In this document: positions 38,054 through 50,879 of the stretch, one piece after another | How the letters are laid out: each line of letters opens with the position of its first letter | Position numbering within the stretch: the stretch's first letter is position 1 | From: Octopus sinensis | Taxonomy: Eukaryota | DNA length: 64,000 nucleotides | Reading direction: 5' to 3' | NCBI RefSeq assembly: GCF_006345805.1 | Contig: NC_043001.1 | Span: 133,796,001-133,860,000, forward strand | Made by a program: the position numbers and the translations under genes | The notes under the pieces: model-generated | What the model saw: only the letters and a program-made list of their open reading frames with translations | What the model was told of the DNA's origin: nothing | Database searches by the model: none

Positions 38054-39015
38054 TATATATATATATATATATTATACAACTAACCCAAGCGGTTTTATCA
38101 TCGGTATCTTCATATCTTCTCACTCGGATTCCTCTTATAGCCACTCTTCACCCAGCGGCTTAGCCCTCGGTAATCATTTGAGCGCTACGGAGTATCTTCT
38201 ATATTAAGCATCTTTAGGTCTCATCTGTGGACTAATACATTCGGCACTTCCAAAGTTTATTCATAAAATGTTCTCACACTCGAAAAGCTTAAGGTATGAA
38301 ACTAGGTATTAGTATTTTTCGGTCGATAACCAATGAAGTATTAGGGTTCTGGTGTCTGTCCTACGTGTACGTTTTGTAGTATTTAATGTATTTTTCATTC
38401 ATGGAATAACTGGACGCCACGCATCCCGAATTTTGTATACATTTTTTGTGACTCTTTCCTTCTTTCTCTCTCGTCCTTTCCTTTTCTAACAACTCTACTT
38501 CCTCTCTCTCGTCTTCTAACACTTAATTGTAGACTTCTCCCTTTCTTTCCCTGCTCTCTTTCTCTGCCACTCTTTCTCCCTCCTTCCCTTCTATCTGCTG
38601 CCCACACGTGACCACTGACTGTTTTTCTATCGTCTGCCTTTTTGTCACTGGATGCCTAGCATGCTGGTCAACCTTTTTTTCTCTTCTCAATTCTGTTATT
38701 TTTTTTTCTCTTCCCAATTCTATTCTTTACATCCATTTGAGGATTCCTCCCAGGCGTTTATCCATCATTCTCTTGTTTGGCCCCAAGGCTATATTTATCT
38801 ATTTATTGTCTTCGTCTTTCGTTTCAAATTACTGTTGTTTACTTTCGAACGTCAACCCTGTATTATTTTGATTGCTCGAACCCTAATACTCCACAAATCT
38901 TGCGGGTGCCGCCGATATACGAAGTTCCTAGTCTTATCGTTAAAGGCATGAAACTAGGTATCAGTACTTTTCGGTCGGTAACTGATGAAGTATTAGGGTT
39001 CTGGTGTATGTCATA

Positions 39016-39441
39016 TACTCTTTTCTCTTTTACTTGTTTCAGTCATTTGACTGCGGCCATGCTGGAGCACCACCTTTAGTCGAACAAATCGACCCCGGGA
39101 CTTATTCTTTGTAAGCCCAGTACTTATTCTATCGGTCTCTTTTGCCGAACCGCTAAGTGACGGCGACGTAAACACACCAGCATCGGTTGTCAAGCAATGC
39201 TAGGGGGACAAACACAGACACACAAACATACACTCACATATATATATATATATACATATATACGACGGGCTTCTTTCAGTTTCCGTCTACCAAATCCACT
39301 CACAAGGCTTCGGTCGGCCCGAGGCTATAGTAGAAGACACTTGCCCAAGGTGCCACGCAGTGGGACTGAACCCGGAACCATGTGTTTGGTCAGCAAGCTA
39401 ATTACCACACAGCCACTTACCACACAGCCACTCCTGCGCCT
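39016..39441 (-). mobile_element. SINE family A
   Basis: Full-length with a small duplication in the head. Confidence 0.9.
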
Positions 39442-39748
39442 GTGTACGTTTTGTAGTATTTAAAGCATTTTTTTTCGTTTATGTAACGTACAGATGTGGT
39501 TCTTACGTCGAAGCTATCAATTGTAGAAATTACTTGATTAAGTACTTGATAAAAGAAATTACTTGATGTAGAAATAGCGACTCTTGTTCTGCGTCGGGGT
39601 CGCTGTGTGTAGATAGCCGAAAGTCGGATGAGATAGCGTAATAGCAACATCGAAGAGAAAAGAATAATATTCACGGATTTTATTTGCCGGCAGTGGTCAG
39701 TAACACAAACTAAGTAGTAGTCGTATAAGTGACAATGGCAACAATATG

Positions 39749-40106
39749 TGGAGGCGCAATGGCCCAGTGGTCGTAGGATCGCGGTTTCGATTCCCAGACC
39801 GGGCGTTGTGAGTGTTTATTGAGCGAAAACACCTAAAGCTCCACGAGGCTCCGGCAGGGGATGGTGGTGATCCCTGCTGTACTCTTTCACCACAACTTTC
39901 TCTCACTCTTACTTCCTGTTTCTGTTGTACCTGTATTTCAAAGGGCCGGCCTTGTCACTCTCTGTCACGCTGAATATCCCCGAGAACTATGTTAAGGGTA
40001 CACGTGTCTGTGGAGTGCTCAGCCACTTACACGTTAATTTCACGAGCAGGCTGTTCCGTTGATTCGGATCAACCGGAACCCTCATCGTCGTAACCGACGG
40101 AGTGCT
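39749..40106 (+). mobile_element. SINE family B
   Basis: Match with a deletion in the head. Confidence 0.88.
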
Positions 40107-40378
40107 AAGAGTGCTGCTCGCGCGCTCTTAGTGTATGTTGGAAGCTGTGTGTGGAAGCCAAGTTAACGATCAGTTGTCGGAGAGGAGGAGAGGGTAAGAT
40201 TTGCGTTGTCCTTTTCCATTCGGCCAAAGGATGTTCTCGGTTAACCGGCTGAAAAATGAAGATGGAAGCGAACCCTTCATTCGTTTATATAAGGTTCGGC
40301 TAGGAAGTAGGTCAAACCTTAAACATATGTTGTGTATATTATTTTTATAAGAAAAAGGATGACAGTGACTTCGAACTT

Positions 40379-41187
40379 TAAGCTTAGGGATCTTTTCCTT
40401 TTGAACGGCACTTTGTAACATAATTTCTAGGTAACTAAAAAGTTTTAAACTTCGTATACTGGTAGAATGTGTTTATAAAACATCATTTTCTCTTGGCTTT
40501 ATTGAGAAAATTCTATAGGTTGTAACATATTTCGTCTAAAATTTCTTGCATTTCGGCAATTTTAACCAATCAATTACCTCCATTGACGTAAATAACATTC
40601 AGTGCATAATGAATATGTCCCTCGTTTAAGAAACAGATTGGGTTTATTTACATCTGTGAAGAAAAAAATATACCCATCGCCAACCCTAACCCTAAATCTA
40701 AAATAGATTGAAATGCAATAGATCGATACTAGGGCCATAATTATGGGTGACATTTTCATTTGACAACGCTAGAAAAAAATCCCATTTTCCGTAGCGGTGT
40801 CGTATGAAATTGTCACCCATAATTATAACCCTAGTATCGATCTATTGCATTTTAATCTATTTAAGATTTAGGGTTAGGGTTAGGAGTGGGGGAAGGGTAT
40901 TTTTTTCTTCACAAATGTAAATAAACCCAATCTGTTTCTTAAAGGAGGGACATATTCATTATGCACAGAATGTTATTTACGTCAATGGAGGTAACTGATT
41001 GGTTAAAATTGCCGAAATGCAAGAAATTTTAGACGAAATATGTTACAACCTATAGAATTTTCTCAATAAAGCCAAGAGAAAATGATGTTTTATAAACACA
41101 TTCTACCAGTATACGAAGTTTAAAACTTTTTAGTTACCTCGAAATTATGTTACAAAGTGCCGTTCAAAAGGAAAAGACCCAAGCTTA
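40379..41187. repeat. Foldback element: about 395-bp inverted arms with about 20-nt loop
   Basis: 40379-40771 is the reverse complement of 40792-41187; each arm carries short (CCCTAA)/(TTAGGG) runs. Confidence 0.93.
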
Positions 41188-42719
41188 GTAATATTATGCG
41201 ATGGTATAGAAATACCAATGTTTGAACATGGGGGTACAGTAAAACTGAATCAAAAGACACACTAAAATCAAACCTCAGCTTATTTGTGAATATTCCTTTA
41301 TTGGAAAAGTTTAGGTAAAATTCCTTTGAAATACATGTAGTTGCACAAGACAGAATAGGACAGCGCACAGCATACTGTGTAATTCAGTTCGGGCAGTACA
41401 CCAATATTTTGGCGGGAAAATATGTAGCTAGGTACTCAATGTCGTTTTAACTATGCGAGTATGGCTTTATGTATGTCTGTATATATTTCTACAATGGTGT
41501 ATCCCACAGATGACCTAAAATGAAAATATCTATATGCATGTCTTTATAACGAAGTTTTCCATAAGCTTATCTACGAACATGCATGCTAGGAGTAAGCCAC
41601 AATGAAACCTTATTATTAATAACCCTTTTCAACAACTTAAACAAGTATTTCATCATTAAAGCGGTTTTTATTTACACTGTTGTTTCTATTTATGCTATCT
41701 AAACAAATGATATGGAACAAAAAAAATATGCCTACTGTGGGAGGCCTAACATACCATTCCGTTTAATAGCCCCATCGCGTCCTTAGGTGCCTTCAGCGGA
41801 GTTCGCAGAAACCCTACTGTTCCCTTTCTCCCCGTCCAAATTTTCAGACAATGCAAAGGCTACATCAATATCTCTCGTTTGCCTCTTCTGTTGATTAACA
41901 TGTGTAAACACTCAAAGGCTCTCGCGTGTTTACTTTTATAACTACTATTGTATATCATTCTCATATATACAACACTTTATTCCACCATTCCTTGCCATCG
42001 ATATATTCTAGGGAACTCTTTCTCGTCCCACGATTGCATCGTGTAAGAAGTAGAGAAAAAACATCGTGCCATTAGTCCCTTATCTCAGTTTAAAAAGACA
42101 AAACAAAACTGTAAAAACAACATTTCAAAACCGAAATATTTAAACATTCTAATTCTTTTTTTTCTTCTTTTAAGCATTAATAATCAAAGAAAGAATTATG
42201 AGTTGGCAAAAACTGCAGAGTTTCGGATTAAATGTTTTACAGCATTTAGTTTCGACCACAGTTCCCAGTTCAAACGTCGCCGAGTGTCGACTGTCCTCTC
42301 GTTCGCGATAATAGTATCAAATGAATTGATTTAGCATTGCTTGCAAAATGTGTCCCTAAAAAACAAAACAAAAACTAGACAACAAGCAAATGTTACAAAT
42401 TAAATATAATCATTAATATTTTGTAAACATTATACTTTTACATTTTTGCCAATGCTGTCAATGACGTTATATTTTCAACCTACCAAAAATAGCAAAAGCG
42501 CTGAAACTTAAGCCTTGTGGTTTCATTCAGCGGTTTTTTTTTTGAAGACTAGAACAGACAGTTACAATAAATATAATTTTCAAAAAATAATTCTACATGA
42601 AAATATGTCTATTATATTCATTCTACGTTAGATTTTATGTAAGATTTTGGTGACGATATTTATCTGAAGTTGCAGATCATTTAGGAAAATAGGACTCAAA
42701 AGAAAATTCCTATTGGAAA

Positions 42720-42810
42720 CAATAAAAAAGGTTTAAAGAGCAACTTTGGTGATGAGAAGCAGACGCCAGTATCATCACGTCACCCTTGACAGGTGCTCCA
42801 AGTACTTCAG
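42720..42810 (+). other. Candidate upstream (5'-UTR or short coding) exon of the RRM gene
   Basis: CAG|gtttgt donor at 42811, 162 nt before acceptor 42972. An in-frame ATG at 42752 would add MRSRRQYHHVTLDRCSKYFRVIII. The start coordinate is uncertain. Confidence 0.4.
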
Positions 42811-42985
42811 GTTTGTTTTAAATTGAGAGTAGCGGCCCCTTGAAAGAGCAGAGGCCATTTAAACCATTTATCACTTACCACCACAGCCTGATGCTCGCTA
42901 CTGCTTCTTTCTTTCTGTCTCCCTCTTTCTCGCTAGTTTTCTTTATGTTACCGTAATCTCATTTTCGTTTAGAGTGATTATCATA

Positions 42986-43078
42986 ATGTCTTCGTCGTCA
43001 GCACACAACAAAATCTCTCCTGGACATGCGATTACCTACGACGTATTCGTAGCTAACCTACCTTCCGATGCCAACGAG
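42986..43078 (+). CDS. RRM-domain RNA-binding protein, coding exon 1 (MSSSSAHNKISPGHAITYDVFVANLPSDANE)
   Basis: RNP2 motif VFVANL; ATG 42986; acceptor ttcgtttag at 42972; donor GAG|gtaata. Confidence 0.85.
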
Positions 43079-44809
43079 GTAATATCCTTTATCTTTTATC
43101 TTTTATAAGCAACTAATTATATCTTATGTTTATTTCGCACATTTACGTTCATTGTTTTTAATTCATTCATGAATTACTAATGCTTTAAATAGATAATAAT
43201 CTCTTCATTCAATAACACCACATGTTTTATTATTTTTCCTCTATAAAATATGATCATGACCGACTAGGTAATTTTATTAATTGTTAATTAAAAATCAATT
43301 AAAACGACTGTGATGTGTCTGTAGAGGTGTAATGTACAATACTATAGTCGATTTAAAACGACAAAAATATCCAATTAAATTAATATAAAGTACGGATTTT
43401 AAGTAAGTAGGGCTTTATGCAATAACAGCAACAGCAGCGAAGCTTAATAAGATAATCAACAACTTGAGGCAATTCAACTGCACATCATTCAAGAGGAAAA
43501 CATGTGTCTTGGGGAAACCATGTGCATCGAACCCCCTTCAGTAAATGACAACATGGCGCGCCATTTTCGATTCTGTTAAGTATTTCTTGCATTAAACAGT
43601 GCTTAGTTGAGAAATTATATATCTATATACATACATATATATATATATGTATATATATGTTATTGTGCTTTGATATATTGAAGATTCGTGTTGAGTACTG
43701 AAACCTACAATTCGAATATGTTTAGAATACAACAACTGTATTGTATTGTATTGTTTGTATTATTTTATTAATGTAATTGATATGTAACAGTATGGTTTGG
43801 TCTCTGGAGAGAGAGGTTGGTTGGGGTAAAATGGGAGTTTGGTTTAATGTTTTCTCTGATAATCGATTTATATATATAGGAATGGCGTGAGTGTAGTAAG
43901 ACGGTCTGTTTGTCCTCAACTAATATCTTCGTCTCTTGTTTATTAATACTATACTTATTTGTATGTGCAAGTGTTTTCTTCAAAGCCTTGCTACAAGCAC
44001 TTCAATGCGAGATTTATTAATTAATTCTGTTTGTATTTTCTTACGTGCACGTATGTATATGTGTGCGTGTGTATATAATTTTAATCACTTTAGTTAGTGT
44101 TCGAATACGTCTAGTCACAACTCCAATGCCATGTTTAGCAAACTGAAAATCGATAAAGAATACTCTGCCTCCCATCGTATCCTATCAACAACTGCTACGA
44201 ACAACTTGAGTCAAACTATCGATCTTGATTGCTGCCCCTCCCCGTAGACTGTTTGTCAGCTACAACGAAATAGGAATCCCTTATACCTTTGCCTGCAGCC
44301 TCTAATAAGCTACTCGTCGACACCAGTTTCCCTATGAACAACCTGTTTTTATTTTGCCTTTCCATTTTTCCCGTCACAGACATGCTGGGATAGACTTAAC
44401 ATTGTAATATTACTTCTCTCTTTTCATCGCCTACTTTTGCAATAAATCTTTCTGATTAATATTTTTGAGCAGTTAGATACCCAAGACATAATAATAGCAG
44501 ACAAATACATAGACATACATAATTCTGTCGTTCTCAGTTAAAAGATAATTGAAAAAATGCTACCAGAATTCAGAAATACCATGTGCGTGTGTGTATATGT
44601 ATCTCTGTTTTTGTGTGTGTGTGTGCATGTCTGTCTGTGCTGTGTGACGGACGCTGGTTGGTGTGTTCCAGTAGTAGAACTACCTACTCAATAATCTAAG
44701 TTACTCAGTATTCCAGTTGTACTATTAACGTAATCAATTCTCAAAACTGAATTTTCGTGACAAGGCTAAAACAGTGTCAGCCTCTTCGATCTCACACGTG
44801 TATGCAATA

Positions 44810-44859
<50 letters not shown>

Positions 44860-44862
<3 letters not shown>

Positions 44863-45210
44863 CAGTCATTAGGTTGCGGCCATGCTGGGACTCCTGCTTT
44901 GAAAGGTTTAATCGAACAAATCAATCTCAGTATTTAATTTTTTTTAACGTCTGCTACTTATTCTAACGTTTCCCTCCCCACCAAACCGCTAAGTTGCAGA
45001 GACGTAAATAAACCAACACCGGTTGTCACACGTATACAACGTACATCCTCATAGTTTCCCTCTACCAAATACATCCACAAGGCATTGGTTAGCCTGGAGC
45101 TATAATAGTGTAATAGAGGACACTTGCTCAAGGTGTCACGCAGTGCCACTGAACCCAAAACCACGTGGTTGCAAATCGCGCCTCTTAACAATACAGGGAT
45201 ATCTGCGTCT
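44860..45210 (-). mobile_element. SINE family A, diverged
   Basis: Degenerate match. Confidence 0.6.
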
Positions 45211-45271
45211 ATTTATCTATCTGTCTGTCTGTCTGTCCGTCCGTCAGTCCGTTTTTTCCCCCTTCTTAAAC

Positions 45272-45307
45272 CTTTCTGTTGAAGAGCATAGGCTCGAAAC
45301 GTTGAAG
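45272..45307 (+). ncRNA. Minimal hammerhead-like motif, core variant CUGUUGA
   Basis: cttt-CTGTTGA-a-gagc(atag)gctc-GAAA-cg-TT-gaag; A6 is substituted. Confidence 0.45.
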
Positions 45308-45929
45308 ACTTTTCCATTCTTCCCAAACATTAAACTAATGCACCTGTTTGTTGTTCCTTCACGTGTCTTCGTTTCTATAAATTTGAATCTTATAATATTT
45401 AGCAAGTTAAAAGTTATGGCCAGTCATTGGCCACTATGATTAGCCATAACATTTAACTTCCTAAAATATATCACTGCTCTAATGTTTTAGAGTGTTTCTT
45501 TTTTGTATATATGAACTACTGACGATATATACATGTATAGATAGGTAGATAAGTGATAGAAAATTAAATGAATAACATTTTTATTTAAAATCTCCACAAT
45601 TGATTTGACACATTTTTTACACCTGTAGTACATTGGTGAGATGTATAATCATTATCAGCCATCCAATGTGTCTCCTCAGGTTAGATCCTACTGTCATTTG
45701 ACACAGTGTGAGAATGCATACCAAAAGTAATGTCATTTTCAGCAGTTTACAAACAAAACTAGACACAGATATTGTGACAAACAAAATAAATTTATAATCA
45801 AAATACAAAATACTGAAATAATAATGAAGGTTTATATCAAGAGCACTAATAATAACAATAAAAACAGTATAAGAAAAGTTAGAAATGGAAGAAAGAATGG
45901 CTGTGACCGAATAGAAAACTGTGGTCAAG

Positions 45930-46320
45930 CATTGAAGTTGTAAGGATAGGAATGCATGTCCTCTGGGAAATGACTACCTTTGCAAGAATGTAATATACAA
46001 ATGTACAGTTAGTAGTCTATCAGATGTATTAATGGTGCAACCGCCATTTGCTTCAAACATTGATATCAGAGTCACATTACACTGTTTTGAAAGCATTAAT
46101 AAGATGCTGCACATCTCTTGCTGGTTGGGTTTGGAAACACAAGGAAGGAAAAGTGCAATACAGTATCACATGGACGGTAACGAAAAATGACTATCCATTT
46201 GATGAGTTCTTGAGATCTTGCAATATCTGTTCTGAGGAAGCACAATGAATTATAATGTGTACAGATAAATTTGTGAATAGGTACTCCAAAAGAGTTATTA
46301 GATGCAACCACAAGCTAAAA
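45930..46320 (+). pseudogene. Penelope-like element GIY-YIG endonuclease relic
   Basis: Frameshifted translation SCKDRNACPLGNDYLCKNVIYKCTV...GAT..CFKH*YQSH...TSLAGWVWKHKE..VQYSITW...RSCNIC.EE resembles the PLE CNC..CPL..CL..NVIY / TELSKYIW / CNLC motifs. Confidence 0.75.
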
Positions 46321-46456
46321 TGCTCATTTTCACAGTTTTCTAAAAGCCATTAATATTTGAAACTTTATTGATTCAACCTGTTTTAAATTTTCTTTTTCAT
46401 ATTGTATGTATCTATCTCTGAAGTTTTTAAAAATAGTTAAATGGTTGTAAGAAGAA

Positions 46457-46489
<33 letters not shown>

Positions 46490-46589
46490 TATGTATTGAT
46501 GTATATATATGTCTGTCTATCACACACACATCAAACTATATAACATCACCTATATACGTGTCCATATATAAACATATATGTGGTATATA

Positions 46590-46801
46590 TGAGCTGGCAG
46601 AATCGTTAGCGCACCTGGCGAAATGCTTAGCAGTATTTTGTCTGCCGTTACGTTGTGAGTTCAAATTCCACCGAGGTCGACTTTACCTTTCATCCTTTCA
46701 GGGTCGATAAATTAAGTACCAGTTACGCACTGGGGTCGATGTGATCGATTTAATACCTATGTCTGTCCTTGTTTAGCCCCTTGTGGGTAATAAAGAAATA
46801 G
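46590..46801 (+). mobile_element. SINE family D
   Basis: Match. Confidence 0.85.
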
Positions 46802-47119
46802 GTATATATGTGGGTATATTGTATTTTACTTATATGTCTGTGTATTATATTTTATTTAACTTTATCATAGTATATTATCTATTTTTTATTTTTTTACAAG
46901 CAGTTGTATGTAAAAAGTGTATATGTGCGTATACAAATAGGTAAATGGATGCTTTTAAGAAAGTTTTTTTATTTTACTTTCTCTTAGTCCTGTCTTAGAA
47001 ATAATATGTATATAAGAAGTGTATGTGTGCACGCACAAACACACACACATGTATATACATTATACTATTTCTTTCCTGGTTCTATAATACTAAGAATGTA
47101 TGTAAGAAATATATGTACA

Positions 47120-47460
47120 TGGTAAGTAGCTTGCTTACCAACCACATGGTTCCAGGTTCAGTCCCACTGCGTGGCACTTTGGGCAAGAGTCTACTATAGC
47201 CACAAGCCAACCAAAGCCTTGTGAGTGGATTTGGTAGATGGAAACTGAAAGAAGCCCATTGTATATATGTGTGTGTCTGTGTTTGCCAACCATTGCTTCA
47301 CAACTGATGATGGTGTGTTTACGTCCCTGTAACTTAGCAGTTTAGCAAAAGAGACTGATAGAATAAGTACTAGGCTTACAAAGAATAAGTCCTGGAGTCA
47401 ATTTGACTAAGGGCAGTGCTTCAGCATGGCCATAGTCAAATGACTGAAACAAATGAAAGA
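47120..47460 (+). mobile_element. SINE family A
   Basis: Match to family A. Confidence 0.85.
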
Positions 47461-47540
47461 ATGTATAGATGGATGTGTGTATTTAAAAATATACACACTA
47501 CATTGTATGGGGGCTAGACTTTCAACCTGTTATATATTGA

Positions 47541-47720
47541 TCGAGTTGGCAGAAATGTTAGCACGCCGGGCGAAATGCTTTGCGGTATTTCGTCTGCCGT
47601 TACGTTCAGAGTTCAAATTAAGTACCAGTTACGCACTGGGGTCGATGTAATCGACTTAATACCTATGTCTGTCCTTGTTTGTCCCCTCTATGTTTAGCCC
47701 CTTGTGGGTAATAAAGAAAT
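47541..47720 (+). mobile_element. SINE family D, internal deletion
   Basis: Match lacking the core. Confidence 0.8.
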
Positions 47721-47772
47721 ATATATATTGATATAAACAGTAAAGATACAAAGAATGTTAGTAAGAAGCATA

Positions 47773-47851
<79 letters not shown>

Positions 47852-48334
47852 ATATACACAACCTTGTAGGTGGGTATATGAAAGAATATGTATCGAGGTG
47901 GGTTAGGGGATACCTACTAACTTGTATTTTTTTTTTTTTTATTGTTCCAAAAGGCATATTAAAAGTGAATTAACTTTAAATAGGGGCTGATTTGAGTGAT
48001 GAATAGGGCCAATAACAAACAGTTGATAAGTACTGAAATAGCCGGTCTTCACTTTATCTTCAAATGCTTTATACAGTCTTCTTTCTGCTTGGTACTTTCT
48101 TCCTTATAATCTGACCGTGAAGATGGAATTGTAGTTTATAGTTAACTTGATTCCTCACCCCCCACCTTTTTTGTCTATTTTTGTATTTTGTCTGTAAACT
48201 GCTGGAAATGAAACATTACTTTAGATATGCATTCTCACACTGAGTGAAATGATGGTAGACTCTAACAATCACATGAAGAGGCAGATTTTACACCTTGGGT
48301 GGATGATGATGATGACACATCGTCTTACCTGTGT

Positions 48335-48746
48335 ACTACTCTCTTTTTACTCTTTTACTTCTTTCAGTCATTTGACTGCGGCCATGCTGGAGCACCGCCT
48401 TTAATCAAGCAACTCGACTCCGGGACTTATTCTTTTGTAAGCCCAGTACTTATTCTATCGGTCTCTTTTGCCGAACCGCTAAGTAACGGGGACATAAGCA
48501 CACCAGCACCGGTTGTCAAGCAATGCTAGGGGGACAGACACACAAACATACACACACACACCTACACATATATACATATATACGACGGGCTTCTTTCAGT
48601 TTCCGTCTACCAAATCCACTCACAAGGCATTGGTCGGCCCGGGGCTATAGCAAAAGATACTTGCCCAAGATGCCACGCAGTGGGACTGAACCCGGAACCA
48701 TGTGGTTGGTTAGCAAGCTACTTACCACACAGCCACTCCTGCGCCT
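48335..48746 (-). mobile_element. SINE family A
   Basis: Full-length match. Confidence 0.9.
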
Positions 48747-49019
48747 ATATGTATATTATATATATATTTATATATATATGTATATTATATATATATTTAT
48801 ATATATATGTATATTATATATATATTTATCAAAAGAAAAACAGGATGCAAAGGATTTAGCGGTACATATGTTCCTGGCTATTATTAGACAGTTTATATCA
48901 ATGCATAATTGATGTAATATGTATGTCAATGGCCTTCTTCAGCCACGCACAATTACCACACCAAAGACATGTATTACATTATAAGTTTGGGAAAAAGACG
49001 ATTTACGTTGGGGATGCAA

Positions 49020-50260
49020 ATTATATATGTGTATATTATATATGTGTATATTATATATGTGTATATTATATATGTGTATATTATATATGTGTATATTATA
49101 TATGTGTATATTATATATGTGTATATTATATATATGTGTATATTATATATATGTATATATATATTATATATATATATATATATGTATGTATATATATATG
49201 TATATGTATATATATATGTATATATATATTATATATATGTATATATGTGTGTGTATATATGTATATATGTGTGTATATTATATATATGTATATTATATAT
49301 GTATATTATGTATGTATATATATGTATATTATATTTATATTATGTATATATATGTATGTATGTATTATGTATGTGTGTGTGTATGTATGTATGTGTGTAT
49401 GTATGTATATGTATATGTGTATATGTATATATATGTGTATATGTATGTATGTATATGTATGTATATATATATGTGTATATATATATGTATGTATGTATAT
49501 ATATATGTGTATATATATATGTATGTATGTATGTGTATATATATATGTATGTATGTATGTGTATATATATATGTATGTATGTATGTGTATATATATGTGT
49601 GTATATATATATGTATGTATGTATGTGTATATATATGTATGTATATTATGTATGTATGTATGTGTATATATATGTATGTATATTATGTATGTATGTATGT
49701 GTATATATATGTATGTATATTATATATGTATGTATGTGTATATATATGTATGTATATTATATATGTCTGCATAGTATATATGTATGTATGTATGTGTGTA
49801 TGTATGTATGTGTATGTATGTATGTATATGTATGTATGTGTATGTATGTATGTGTGTATGTATATCTGTGTATGTATGTATGTATATGTATGTGTGTATG
49901 TACATCTGTGTATATATGTATGTATATATATATATGTATTATGTGTATATATATGTATTCTATTGTCTGGGGAGAGTATGACTATATATGTATATATATT
50001 TATATATGTATATATGTGTCTGTATATATACATGTGTGTATATATGTGTCTGTATATATACATGTGTGTATATATATGTGTGTATATATGTGTATATATG
50101 TGTGTATATATATGTGTATATATATGTATATATATGTGTATACATGTGTATATTGCTGAGGTCAAAAAGACGAAAAATGCTATGACCCAATTCTGTTTGT
50201 ATATATATATGTGTATAGGAGTATGGGTATATGCACTCATATGTATGTGTATATTATATA
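49020..50260. repeat. Compound TA/TG microsatellite
   Basis: Low-complexity (TA)n, (TATG)n and 15-bp tatattatatatgtg units. Confidence 0.95.
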
Positions 50261-50334
50261 TTATGGGTATGTACCCACTCTTGTATGGGTGTACCTCCTC
50301 TGATATTCATATTTAATTTAGTTTGTATTTCATA

Positions 50335-50461
50335 ATCTCTGAAGAGGCCTTGGGATATTTTTGTAAGTGTCTCATTTATAACTACATATTGACCTATCAC
50401 ACATGGCTAATATGAGCATAATGAGACACCCATATCTGCATGGCCGAAACAGCTGTAAGAT
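50335..50461 (+). ncRNA. Type I hammerhead ribozyme with extended stem II
   Basis: atct-CTGAAGA-ggcc...ggcc-GAAA-cagctg-TA-agat, with an internal helix gtgtctcatt/aatgagacac. Predicted GUA cleavage after 50457. Confidence 0.7.
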
Positions 50462-50879
50462 GTAGTTTATATTTATATTTATTTATATTCACTTATACAT
50501 ACTGTACTTATTGTATCATATTACCCTTTCATGTACATTGTTTTGTTCTATATTATTATGTTTGACCTTAATGTTCATATGTAGTGGTTTAATAAATTAT
50601 GTGATTGGGTATTATCTGATAGTTGATCATTGATTAAGATGTGTTTCTCCATTTTCTTATTTTGTAAATATATATATATATATATATTTTTTTAATTTAT
50701 AAGTTTAAATTATTAATTTAAATAACTTTTTAAATCTTAACTTTAATTTAAATATTTTAATTTGGAATTTTATATTTTATATTTTTTATATATTTTATTA
50801 ATTAATTTTATTTCTATGTATTGGCTTATGATTTTCACTGTTTGATTTGCCTAATAGTGGTTTTATCTCTAATTTAATA

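Noticed and set aside
41735-41825. HDV-like ribozyme
   Set aside because: Partial gcctaa/ttaggt pairing only; the nested double pseudoknot could not be built.
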